Part shown: positions 46,338-55,042 of the stretch, piece by piece
How positions within the stretch are numbered: the stretch's first letter is position 1
How the letters are laid out: each line of letters starts with the position of its first letter
Assembly (NCBI GenBank): GCA_964585155.1
Contig: CAZPCQ010000001.1
Coordinates: forward strand, 8,070 to 72,069
DNA from: an uncultured Candidatus Saccharibacteria bacterium
Lineage (GTDB): Bacteria > Patescibacteriota > Saccharimonadia > Saccharimonadales > Saccharimonadaceae
Length of the DNA stretch: 64,000 nucleotides
Direction: 5' to 3'
Program-made: the position numbers and the translations under genes
Notes under the pieces: model-generated
What the model was told of the DNA's origin: nothing
Databases searched by the model: none
The model's input: only the letters and a program-made list of their open reading frames with translations

Positions 46338-48328
46338 AGATCCTCCGCAACCTTCTCTGGCCCCTAGTCTACGCCCTCCCTGCCGTCCTCTTTTTCTCCT
46401 ATCACCCCGTCATCGGCCTCGGCGCCAACTCCTCCATGAACTTCGAACTCTCCCTTCCGCTCCTCTGGCTGATTATTTTTGATTTCTTTAGTTTCATTAC
46501 AATGGTCGTCCTCTTCGTTCAAAAACGTCAATCAGCGCAGCACAAATCCACTTCAAAATCAATAGGCCAAGCATCCGCCCGCTCTAAGCATCACTCTGGC
46601 CCCTGGGGACCTCACCTCCCTGGCCTCACCGACCGCCGCTTCTTCCTCTTAGCCATTTTCCCGCTCTACCTCACCATCTCGGTTTTCTGGTCGGCCAATC
46701 CCCTCCGCGGTCTCTTCACCGCCGGCGTGATGTGGGCTGTCTTTTTCGCCGTTTTCTCTCTGTTATTTATTGTCCCCCAGACTGGCGCTCCTCGCCGCCT
46801 CCGCACTCACGTCCTCTTGACAATGTTCATCTCCGCTGTTATCGTTTGCAAATTTTGCTATGCTCAGAGTATTATGGATACTTGCTTTGGCCTTTCCCGC
46901 GATGCTACTCTCCTCTGCCCCGGCTGCACTTACCGCTCCTTCGGCTTTCCTCATCCTTCCGGCTTCGCCATCGAGCCCCAGTTTATGGGCAATCTCCTTC
47001 TCGCCCCCACCCTCACCGCGCTCTATCTCGTCGCCTTCCGCTCGCGCAAATTCGCCAATACCGTTATCCATGAAGCCTCTCATCTTGAGAATGAGGCCGA
47101 ACATAATCTCCTTCACGACCAAGTTCACCTCCCCGAGGTCAACTGGAAACTCTGGCAACGCATCGGTATGATCATCCTCGCCGGCTTCCTTTCGATGACG
47201 CTGTTTTTCACCTTCTCCCGCGGCGCCATTTACGCTTACGTCGTCGCCATCTTGAGTATGCTAATTTTTGCCCTCAAGCGTCACCAATTCCGCTGGAGCC
47301 TCATCGCTATCCCCGTTGTCAGTTTCATCCTCTCGCTCAGCCTCCAGGGAACATTCGCCGCCGTCGGCCCCACCGCTGAGACTTTCTTCTCCGGCGTCGC
47401 CAAATCCGTCCACCAGCTCTCCCTCGGCCTCATCGACTTCCGTTCGCTCGCTTATGAGCCCTCCGAGGACGCCATCGAGCAATATAGTTATGAGCATGCC
47501 GTCCCCACCTCTGTCGCTCGGGAGATTCTCAAACGTCAATATCAATCCCAGCTCTCTTCTCAATCTGTGAAAAACTCCTCATCAAACGGTGGAAAACCTG
47601 TGGATAAAACCAGCCTAGATGTGGAAAAGAATGACCAAAATGTAGATAAAATCGATCAAGATGTAGAAAAAACCGCCGAAATCATCGACCACGAAATCAC
47701 CAAAGAGGAAACCAAGTTAGAAAACGAGGTTGATACTACGCTTGAAGATATCATTTTCGAGGGCTACGTTCCCGAATCCACCAATATCCGCCTGCACCTC
47801 AATCGCGCCGCCATCGACACCTGGCTTTCCGCCCCCGGCCATCCCGAGTCCGGCCTCAGTATTGGTCTCAAATGTTCCCACTCCGACCCCTGCCTTGCCT
47901 CTGGTAAACTCACTCCCACCAGCATCCTCTTCGGCGTTGGCCTTGGTGGTGCCGGCACCGCCCTCTATCTCAATTCTCCCGTTACTGACATTAACTCGCC
48001 CAAAGAAATCGTCCAAAACGAACCCTTCTCCCTCCTCTTAGAAACCGGACTCGTCGGCATCGCTCTGGCTATTTTCGGACTCCTCATCATCTTCGCGCCC
48101 CAGATTTTCACGCGCAAATTCCTCGACGGCAAATCCGCTCCAGCTACCAAATCCACCCCCAGCCCCTTCTGGCGCCATCCCGCTCTCCCGCTTCTCCTCT
48201 CCCTCATCGTCGCCTACGTCATCACCCTCAATTTCTTCTCCGGCCTCCCCAACGCCCTCCAGATTTACCTCATGCCGCCCCTCCTCTACCTCATCTTTTC
48301 TGACCACTACCGCGTCACCACTGTTTAG
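46334..48328 (+). CDS. O-antigen ligase/polymerase-like (Wzy_C) membrane protein
   Basis: Many TMs; GFAIEPQ, TFSRGA, FGVGLGG, NEPFSLLLETGLVG. Confidence 0.75.
   Translation: MKILRNLLWPLVYALPAVLFFSYHPVIGLGANSSMNFELSLPLLWLIIFDFFSFITMVVLFVQKRQSAQHKSTSKSIGQASARSKHHSGPWGPHLPGLTDRRFFLLAIFPLYLTISVFWSANPLRGLFTAGVMWAVFFAVFSLLFIVPQTGAPRRLRTHVLLTMFISAVIVCKFCYAQSIMDTCFGLSRDATLLCPGCTYRSFGFPHPSGFAIEPQFMGNLLLAPTLTALYLVAFRSRKFANTVIHEASHLENEAEHNLLHDQVHLPEVNWKLWQRIGMIILAGFLSMTLFFTFSRGAIYAYVVAILSMLIFALKRHQFRWSLIAIPVVSFILSLSLQGTFAAVGPTAETFFSGVAKSVHQLSLGLIDFRSLAYEPSEDAIEQYSYEHAVPTSVAREILKRQYQSQLSSQSVKNSSSNGGKPVDKTSLDVEKNDQNVDKIDQDVEKTAEIIDHEITKEETKLENEVDTTLEDIIFEGYVPESTNIRLHLNRAAIDTWLSAPGHPESGLSIGLKCSHSDPCLASGKLTPTSILFGVGLGGAGTALYLNSPVTDINSPKEIVQNEPFSLLLETGLVGIALAIFGLLIIFAPQIFTRKFLDGKSAPATKSTPSPFWRHPALPLLLSLIVAYVITLNFFSGLPNALQIYLMPPLLYLIFSDHYRVTTV
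47566..47670 (+). repeat. Small phased DnaA-box array inside the ligase-like gene
   Basis: Boxes at 47566, 47588, 47599 (perfect TGTGGATAA), 47620, 47641, 47662. Confidence 0.75.
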
Positions 48329-48468
48329 CTCTTGTTTTCTAATCCGGTCCATCATTACAAAATCTCCTCACCTCAAAAATCGCCTTTCCACCCCTGCATA
48401 AGTCCCTAGCCTCAAGAATACCGCCCCGCCCCTGTAGAGTCCATTTCCAATAGCGTCAGCCCTCGCGC

Positions 48469-48499
48469 AAAAAGCCCCGGATTTTCATCCGAGGCTTTT
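48469..48499. terminator. Bidirectional terminator
   Basis: AAAAAGCCCCGG-ATTTTCAT-CCGAGGCTTTT. Confidence 0.7.
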
Positions 48500-48513
48500 G
48501 GGGTAATAGATAG

Positions 48514-48924
48514 TTAACGCCGTTTTCTAGGATCGTAATGATCGCTCATCTCATAGAACGCAACACAGAGCCCTATATGTAGCAGTATCGCCCAGTCCAC
48601 CGCGTATTCCACGCTTTTCTCAGTTCCGAAAATGCCGTAAGTCAGGCTGAGATATAGCAGCACCAATATCAGCTGCCCCAGGTAGGTCAATCCTATCTGT
48701 ACTTTCTCCTTCACTCCGTTATATCCGAACCAATCATCCCTCAGTATGTCACGCACCATAAACAGCAAAAACGTCAATACGGCCAAGACAGCCGCCGGCA
48801 CGATAACAGTTAGGATTGTGAAGAAGATCGCCGGCAACCCCAGTCCGCCTATTGCTTCTCCGAGTATTTTCCAGAATTCCCAGAATCTCTCCCAAAACAG
48901 CCCCCAACTCAACATCAGATTCAC
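48514..48924 (-). CDS. Hypothetical membrane protein (3-4 TM)
   Basis: Hydrophobic ORF with its own promoter and terminator. Confidence 0.6.
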   Translation of the reverse strand: MNLMLSWGLFWERFWEFWKILGEAIGGLGLPAIFFTILTVIVPAAVLAVLTFLLFMVRDILRDDWFGYNGVKEKVQIGLTYLGQLILVLLYLSLTYGIFGTEKSVEYAVDWAILLHIGLCVAFYEMSDHYDPRKRR

Positions 48925-49189
48925 CCCATATTAAAAATTTCCAACAAAAACCCTGCTGGATGCTAGGATTTCTCATCCCATATTTCCATTATAGCACGCA
49001 TCTGCCAAAAAGTCAAGACCATACCGCGTGAATCCCTAAGCCTTGCGTCGCCAACCCGAGGCGCCGCTCTAGGGGGGGTAAAAATTCCTAGAGACACAAA
49101 GTAGTTTAGGGATTCGGGTCATACCCACACATACGACTATCAATCTTAAAAACCTCCCCCGCTTGCGCAGGGGAGTTGGGTGGTTAGTT

Positions 49190-49753
49190 TTAGTCTTTGT
49201 CGGCGCCATCTTTTGCCTGCTGCAGTCTCTCTCGGATTACCTCCGACCGCAGCGCCGCCTTGAACACGCCCGCAATTAAATTCAGTTTAGCTAACGGGCA
49301 GACAATGCTATCTACGCTTTTACACCGTCCCAGGTAAAGTCCCCAAGTTGGCACGTTGGGGGCTACATCTACTCCTCCCCTGACGATATTCGCTATCATA
49401 CCAAGCTCAAGCGCCGACTTGCCGACTATCACCGCGGTTCTCAGATCCCTGGCGCCAAGTCCCCGCTCATCCAGCACCATACATCCACCGGCACTGTCCG
49501 AATCAGGCGCTTTTATGCCAAAACCGCCAACGCACACCCCGATAAACTGCAACAGCGTATACACTAAATCCAGCTCTTCATCTCTGACATTTGTTGTCTC
49601 ACTCAGACAGAGAGCGATGTGCTCGGTTGGCTCGTCATCGTCGCGACCAAAATCCACCGCCCCAGCGCTCGTCTTGATGCCTAATCTGGCCGCCAGCTGA
49701 CTGAGCTCGATCATCTTCGCCGCCGTCTCACTATCAAAAGCCCGTTCTGCCAT
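49190..49753 (-). CDS. Hypothetical protein
   Basis: RBS AAAGGAGG before MAERAFD; terminator at 49152-49177. Confidence 0.65.
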   Translation of the reverse strand: MAERAFDSETAAKMIELSQLAARLGIKTSAGAVDFGRDDDEPTEHIALCLSETTNVRDEELDLVYTLLQFIGVCVGGFGIKAPDSDSAGGCMVLDERGLGARDLRTAVIVGKSALELGMIANIVRGGVDVAPNVPTWGLYLGRCKSVDSIVCPLAKLNLIAGVFKAALRSEVIRERLQQAKDGADKD

Positions 49754-50252
49754 TAAAATTCCTCCTTTGAGTAGTCTAAAGCCACTCCATCCAGTGGCCT
49801 TATTTCTACCCAAACAGGGAATTAACTAACCAAAATGTACCTAAGCCACTACAGATAATAGACTGTAGCCAGCCCATATCTCCACTATAGCACACATCTG
49901 CCAAAAAGTCAAGGTTGCTTTTCCGCCCAATCATATGATTTTATACTATCGACTAAAATAAAATCAATACCGCCTACACTTCTCTCCTGCAAAGTCAAAC
50001 TAACTCGCGAAATCTCACTATTTTCCACTCAAAACCTAAATTCTGTGCTATAATAGAACTGCTGAAAGACAATTTGATTAAGTAACCTATGGTTTTATAT
50101 GTAGCCTACATTTTTCATAATGCATTAAAATGGCGTCACGAACGGCTAAAAAAGTGCATTGTGATCGTAAGGTTACTCTGTTGTCTTTCAGCACCGTCTC
50201 GCGGCGCCATTTTTGTATTAAGCCTCGGGCGGTGAACTAATAAAGGAGGCAG

Positions 50253-51737
50253 ATGCTAAAACTCAACACTAAATTAAAATACCCACTCTTCACAATAACT
50301 TTTGCGTTGGGTGGATTTTTCTTATTTCAATACCTAACTTTTATTCCCGAATACTCCAACGCCACAACTATAGAAACTCCCGTCTACGACGATTCCAAAG
50401 TCGACACGCGCACTCTTTCTGACATTACTTATATGCAAGAAATGACATCTGGAATATGTAAACGTTCTGTAAAAAATGAAAGTAAACAACTTATCGATGG
50501 CCGTGATGGAAAACACTATTGGGTAACAAAGCTCGTTGGTCCAGGCGGTGAAGAAAAAAATGGATGTTGGATGACGCAAAATTTGGATTTCGATTTGTGG
50601 AATGAGGAGACTAATGAACCAATAGTATTAAAAGTGGATAATTTAAATTTTATGGGCACAGATATAGAAAAGAATTGGGAGTCTACTTCTGGGAGATCTG
50701 TGCTATGGGCGGATTCGGGGAGCGAGACAGTTAAGTACTATGACCCGGGGTACTATTTGTATAAAGGCTTTTCTTTACGTCAGCCGGCGTCTCGCGATTT
50801 GGCATATGGCAAGGCATCGGAAAATTTGACCTTGACGGATGCTCATTACCTTCAAGGGAATTACTATTCATTCAACGCTGCTACGGCTGGCAAAGGGGCA
50901 AATTTTGGCCTTGTGGGTAAGGATGAAGATGTACGGAGTAGTATTTGTCCGAAAGGCTGGAGGCTACCTACGGCTCTTAGTGATGATGGGGTGTCATTCA
51001 ATTTTTTAAATACAGTAAGCACAACTAAGATATTTTCATCACCGTATTTCTTTATAAATAGCGGTTTTGTGAATGGAGGCTTGCTAGATGATGCCTTCGC
51101 TGGTAGATACTGGTCTTCTACGGCTTATGCTTATAGGGACGATGCTTATGATTGGGGTTTTGCTGATGGTGACGAGTGGCCAGCGCTTGGTATAATTTAC
51201 AGATATGAGGGAAAGACTATAAGATGCGTAGCGAGGGACGATACTGAAGATGTGGAGACTCCGGGCATTGATAATCCAAACACCTCCGTCACCGTCCCAA
51301 ACATAATAACACTAGACGTAAGTAATAATGTAAATATAGAAACAAATACTAATACAGTAAACGAAGGTAGTTTCACCGCTTCCGTCAGTTCTAATGCTCC
51401 ATATAGCATTAGTCTTAGTACCACGGATGGTGGCCACACCGACTTACGTAATGATAATACCAACTCCTCCATTCCCGCATTAAACCCTACTTCTAATATC
51501 ACAGAGAGTAGTAGTAAATGGTGGGGAATCAAATGTACTAACTCAGGCACTTCCACGGGTTGTACTAAAACAACCTATACTGGTCTTACTAATCACTTAA
51601 CTCCCACTCTTTTCTATACATCAACTCAAAGTACCTCTAACCAACTCACCCACTTCACCATCGGCATCCAAACCTCTCCCGACCTCCCAAGTGGCACTTA
51701 TTCCACCAGTATATTAGTTACTGCATCTCAGAATTAG
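50253..51737 (+). CDS. FISUMP domain surface protein 3 (FISUMP first, beta-sandwich domain last)
   Basis: NGCWMTQNL, GNYYSFNAA, ICPKGWRLP, GRYWSST, TIRCVAR; RBS AAGGAGG. Confidence 0.8.
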   Translation: MLKLNTKLKYPLFTITFALGGFFLFQYLTFIPEYSNATTIETPVYDDSKVDTRTLSDITYMQEMTSGICKRSVKNESKQLIDGRDGKHYWVTKLVGPGGEEKNGCWMTQNLDFDLWNEETNEPIVLKVDNLNFMGTDIEKNWESTSGRSVLWADSGSETVKYYDPGYYLYKGFSLRQPASRDLAYGKASENLTLTDAHYLQGNYYSFNAATAGKGANFGLVGKDEDVRSSICPKGWRLPTALSDDGVSFNFLNTVSTTKIFSSPYFFINSGFVNGGLLDDAFAGRYWSSTAYAYRDDAYDWGFADGDEWPALGIIYRYEGKTIRCVARDDTEDVETPGIDNPNTSVTVPNIITLDVSNNVNIETNTNTVNEGSFTASVSSNAPYSISLSTTDGGHTDLRNDNTNSSIPALNPTSNITESSSKWWGIKCTNSGTSTGCTKTTYTGLTNHLTPTLFYTSTQSTSNQLTHFTIGIQTSPDLPSGTYSTSILVTASQN

Positions 51738-51741
51738 TCTC

Positions 51742-51898
51742 GGCGCGACCCGGTGAACCTTTTCATTCAAGGTTATTTCTTTACTGGCTGAGCCGGGTCC
51801 GATTTGCGAGAGGAGAATAGTAGAACAGAATAACTATGCTCCGCAATGAGGAGAGGCTCACCGAACCTTGAATGGAAAGGTGAGCGCAAGGGTTGCGC
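51742..51898 (+). repeat. Structured repeat family B, copy 2
   Basis: Homologous to 42591-42746; starts 4 bp after the FISUMP-3 stop codon. Confidence 0.85.
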
Positions 51899-52554
51899 GT
51901 ATTGGCCTTTTGAACAAGGTAGCCGTGCCTTGGAAAAAATCAAACAAAAAAGAGCGCAGAAACCCTTGTATTTTTCAGATAAGTGTGTTAGAATGGGAGC
52001 ATAAAGAGAGTTGATTACCTTCGATTGATGTCGAGGGTAATCTTTAGTTTACGCACTAGTGGGCTTTTAGCCTTGTCTAGCTCGATTTCTAAAGAGGCTC
52101 TCTTCATACTCACCTCCTCACGCAAGGCCATTTTTATAAAAAATGGCGGTAGAGCGTATCTTCGGAAATAAAAATACAAGTATTTTTGTTTCACTCAGAT
52201 ACTACTACCTAAAATTGTTTATATTATCGAAAATTGTAGGAGACGAACCAATAAAAGTAACACTACTTATAGAAAGTAGTGCCTTAGCGGGAATTAAGTT
52301 ATTTTTATTGTGAGGCGACGCCCAATTTTCTGGCGCGTCAGCGACAGACCTGAAAAAGTTAATAATCTAAACTATACAAAACGTTTTCTACGCTCTCTAC
52401 ATCTATCCTATCAGAGAAATAGGCTTTTGCATAGGGTAAAATTCGGTCGAAGCCCGATTTCCCCAGAGGCAACCACAAAAAAGTCCCATTTTTGTGAAAA
52501 AAGTCTTAAAAAAGTCTTGATTTTCTAAAAATCTGCGGTATAATGTACATATGT

Positions 52555-52631
52555 CGCGGGATAGAGCAGCCTGGTAGCTCGTTTGGCTCATAACCAAAAG
52601 GTCGTTGGTTCAAATCCAACTCCCGCCACCA
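52555..52631 (+). tRNA. tRNA-Met(CAT), initiator type
   Basis: Cloverleaf CGCGGGA..TTTGG-CTCATAA-CCAAA..GTTGG-TTCAAAT-CCAAC-TCCCGCC-A-CCA; C1:C72 mismatch; encoded CCA; promoter TTGATT-17-TATAAT upstream. Confidence 0.95.
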
Positions 52632-52632
52632 T

Positions 52633-52674
52633 AATCAGCGCTAGTATCGCCCCCCCGATCTAGCGCTGATTTTG
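52633..52674 (+). terminator. Terminator after the tRNA
   Basis: AATCAGCGCTAG..CTAGCGCTGATTTT. Confidence 0.75.
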
Positions 52675-52978
52675 GTTTTGGGCTAAACCTGAGTCACGCA
52701 TTAAACCAACTCTCGTATATCTTATGAAACCCCCGTCTACCTTACCAAATTCAAAGCCTTAAACATCATCTTGAAATTAATATTAAATAAAAAATAATCC
52801 CGTCAAACCCTAGAACCTTATTCATCTCTTGCTTTTTCCGCCAATCTATGCAATAATATAAGTATTGAGCCTTCGCCCATATTTTTCTTACACCAGCGAA
52901 TCGCTGGAAGGGAAATACACGGCGCTAGAGACCCACGTCCTTTCCCAGTTCGGAAAACTATCAAAGGAGGAATTCCCA

Positions 52979-53461
52979 ATGTCAACCCCTACCCCTCGCC
53001 CTGCCACTTCTCGTCGCGCCCGTCTTGTTCATGGCCTGCTCGACTTTTTTGTCCCATTTTGGGGCGCTTACGGCCTAATCGCCGCTCTGCAGTCGCTTTG
53101 CGATTTCCCGCAATCTTTTTCACTCACCCAGCTCCCGCTCGGCCTAATTTATCTCCTCGCCCTCAGCCAGAATTCCCACACCTTACCCTACCTCTCCGTC
53201 GTTCTCAATCTCGAGCTCCCTGTCCTCACCAGCCGTCGTCTCTACCAACTCGCCGGTTTCCGCACTCTCGCCATTGCCCTACCCCTGGTCAACTTTATCG
53301 CCGCTCTCACCGGCACTCCCGACCCGCTCTACGTCGCCATCCTGCAGTTGCTCGGTAGCATCGCTAGCCTAGTCGTCTATCTGCTCGTCCTTTTCTATAT
53401 TATTTATATTCCCATCGGCCTCTACGGCTATTTCGTCTACCAGAACCGTCAAAAAGATTGA
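52979..53461 (+). CDS. Hypothetical membrane protein
   Basis: RBS AAAGGAGG before MSTPTPRP; multiple TMs. Confidence 0.65.
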   Translation: MSTPTPRPATSRRARLVHGLLDFFVPFWGAYGLIAALQSLCDFPQSFSLTQLPLGLIYLLALSQNSHTLPYLSVVLNLELPVLTSRRLYQLAGFRTLAIALPLVNFIAALTGTPDPLYVAILQLLGSIASLVVYLLVLFYIIYIPIGLYGYFVYQNRQKD

Positions 53462-53474
53462 GAGGTATAATACA

Positions 53475-54074
53475 ATGTTATTCCGTAGTCAAATCTATTG
53501 CAGTGGCACCGACGTTGCCCGTCAGCCCTTCAACGCTTCTGTTCCCGCCGAGTATGCTATTCAGGACAATCGCCTCTATCTCTATTCCGCGCAAGGGAAT
53601 TGCAAAATTCGCGTCAGACCTGGTAAAGTCTACACTGTCGATTTTACCAAATCTCCCCCAGGCATCTACCGCGCTCATCCTCCCGCCGGAGTTCCCGAGA
53701 CTTTGATGTGGCTCCTCGGCCTCAGTGATCGCAAACGCGCCCGTACGCTCGATCATTATCGAAATACCCTTGAATTTTTCCGCTCCACCCAGCGCACTGC
53801 TGATTATGAAGAGCATCATATCAGCGGCGAAGGCTACGAATTTGTCGTTTTCACATACTCCGACTCCACCGAGATCTGCCCCGTCGTTGGCTATATCAGT
53901 AATAAAACTGAAGTCACCCCTGATTTCGTCAAAACTTTCCTCTGTCTCTGGCCCTACCAGTTGCCTTTTCCGGCTTCGTATGTCAAAAATATTCTGCATC
54001 AGCGTCTCCACCTCTCCCGCTCGGATTGGCGAGCCCTCACTGCTTCCAATCCCCGCCTTTTCCCAGAAATCTAA
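53475..54074 (+). CDS. Hypothetical protein
   Basis: 199-aa ORF with host-like codon usage. Confidence 0.6.
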   Translation: MLFRSQIYCSGTDVARQPFNASVPAEYAIQDNRLYLYSAQGNCKIRVRPGKVYTVDFTKSPPGIYRAHPPAGVPETLMWLLGLSDRKRARTLDHYRNTLEFFRSTQRTADYEEHHISGEGYEFVVFTYSDSTEICPVVGYISNKTEVTPDFVKTFLCLWPYQLPFPASYVKNILHQRLHLSRSDWRALTASNPRLFPEI

Positions 54075-54431
54075 CCCTGCGGCTTTGTTTCATAATTAAT
54101 GTACCACCTCCGCAAAAGAATATCGTTCCTAAGTTATGAAAACAAGTCTAACCCTACTCCAACAATCTGCCTTTCTCGCAAAAATATCCTTAGTTAAGCC
54201 ACTTTTCTAGTTTTCCGCCACCCCGGCTCACTCGAGTCGGGGCGTTTTCTTGCAGTTCCACAAGCCTCTCTCTAGAACATCCAATCTCCGCATAAATTCC
54301 GTCAAAATTATCAAATACTTTTGCCTTTTTCTCAAAAATAAGCATAAAACTATTGACTTTTTCACAAATGTGTGATACAATAGAAATATAGGATAATACC
54401 TATATAATATCTCACTGGGGGGAGTAAGATA

Positions 54432-54971
54432 ATGAACCTTATTAAAACTAAGAAATCTCGGAAGAATTACCTAACCGAAATAGTCGACCTGATGTTGCTC
54501 GACGTGTCGTTCGCGTTGGTGCTCCTCGTCATCTCAGGAGCCCTATTCCTGTTGTGTTATGCCCACCAGCAGGTTTTCGTCCGCCAGCATCTCTGGATGG
54601 AAAGATACTGTCTCCCAGTCATATGTATTCAGATCGTATGCGTGGACTTCGTTAGGAAACTCCTTCATGTCCGTCCTTATCGACTCATTGAAAGTCCGAT
54701 ATTTGATCGGCCTGACTTCATTAGCATACTTAGTGTCGTCATCGGAGCAATACTTATCATTGCCGTCTGCCTGCCGATCTCTGAAATCCCTATGTATCTG
54801 AACGAGGAAGGGCTGCTCTACAAAATCATCCAAAGCCGCGGCTGGAGAATCCCTGACTTTATGGTCTGCGCCGGTGCCTTTGCGGCCCCGATAGCTGTCT
54901 ATCTGTTAGGCTTCTTCACGACTCCGGACAATACTGCCGACGACGCCGTGACTAACTCCGACAATTCTTAG
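54432..54971 (+). CDS. Hypothetical membrane protein (4 TM)
   Basis: Promoter TTGACT(54353)-17-TACAAT; RBS GGAG; terminator 54982-55012. Confidence 0.65.
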   Translation: MNLIKTKKSRKNYLTEIVDLMLLDVSFALVLLVISGALFLLCYAHQQVFVRQHLWMERYCLPVICIQIVCVDFVRKLLHVRPYRLIESPIFDRPDFISILSVVIGAILIIAVCLPISEIPMYLNEEGLLYKIIQSRGWRIPDFMVCAGAFAAPIAVYLLGFFTTPDNTADDAVTNSDNS

Positions 54972-55042
54972 CTCTTCGACTAAAAGGGGACGCCTTCACT
55001 GGCGTCCCCGTTCTGCTTGTTAAGGCTCGTCGCAACGGGGAA

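Noticed and set aside
16457-51737. Complete DGR in the window
   Set aside because: No reverse transcriptase and no TR/VR pair seen.
52145-52152. ops-like GGCGGTAG
   Set aside because: Not upstream of the glycan operon; an 8-mer is expected by chance.
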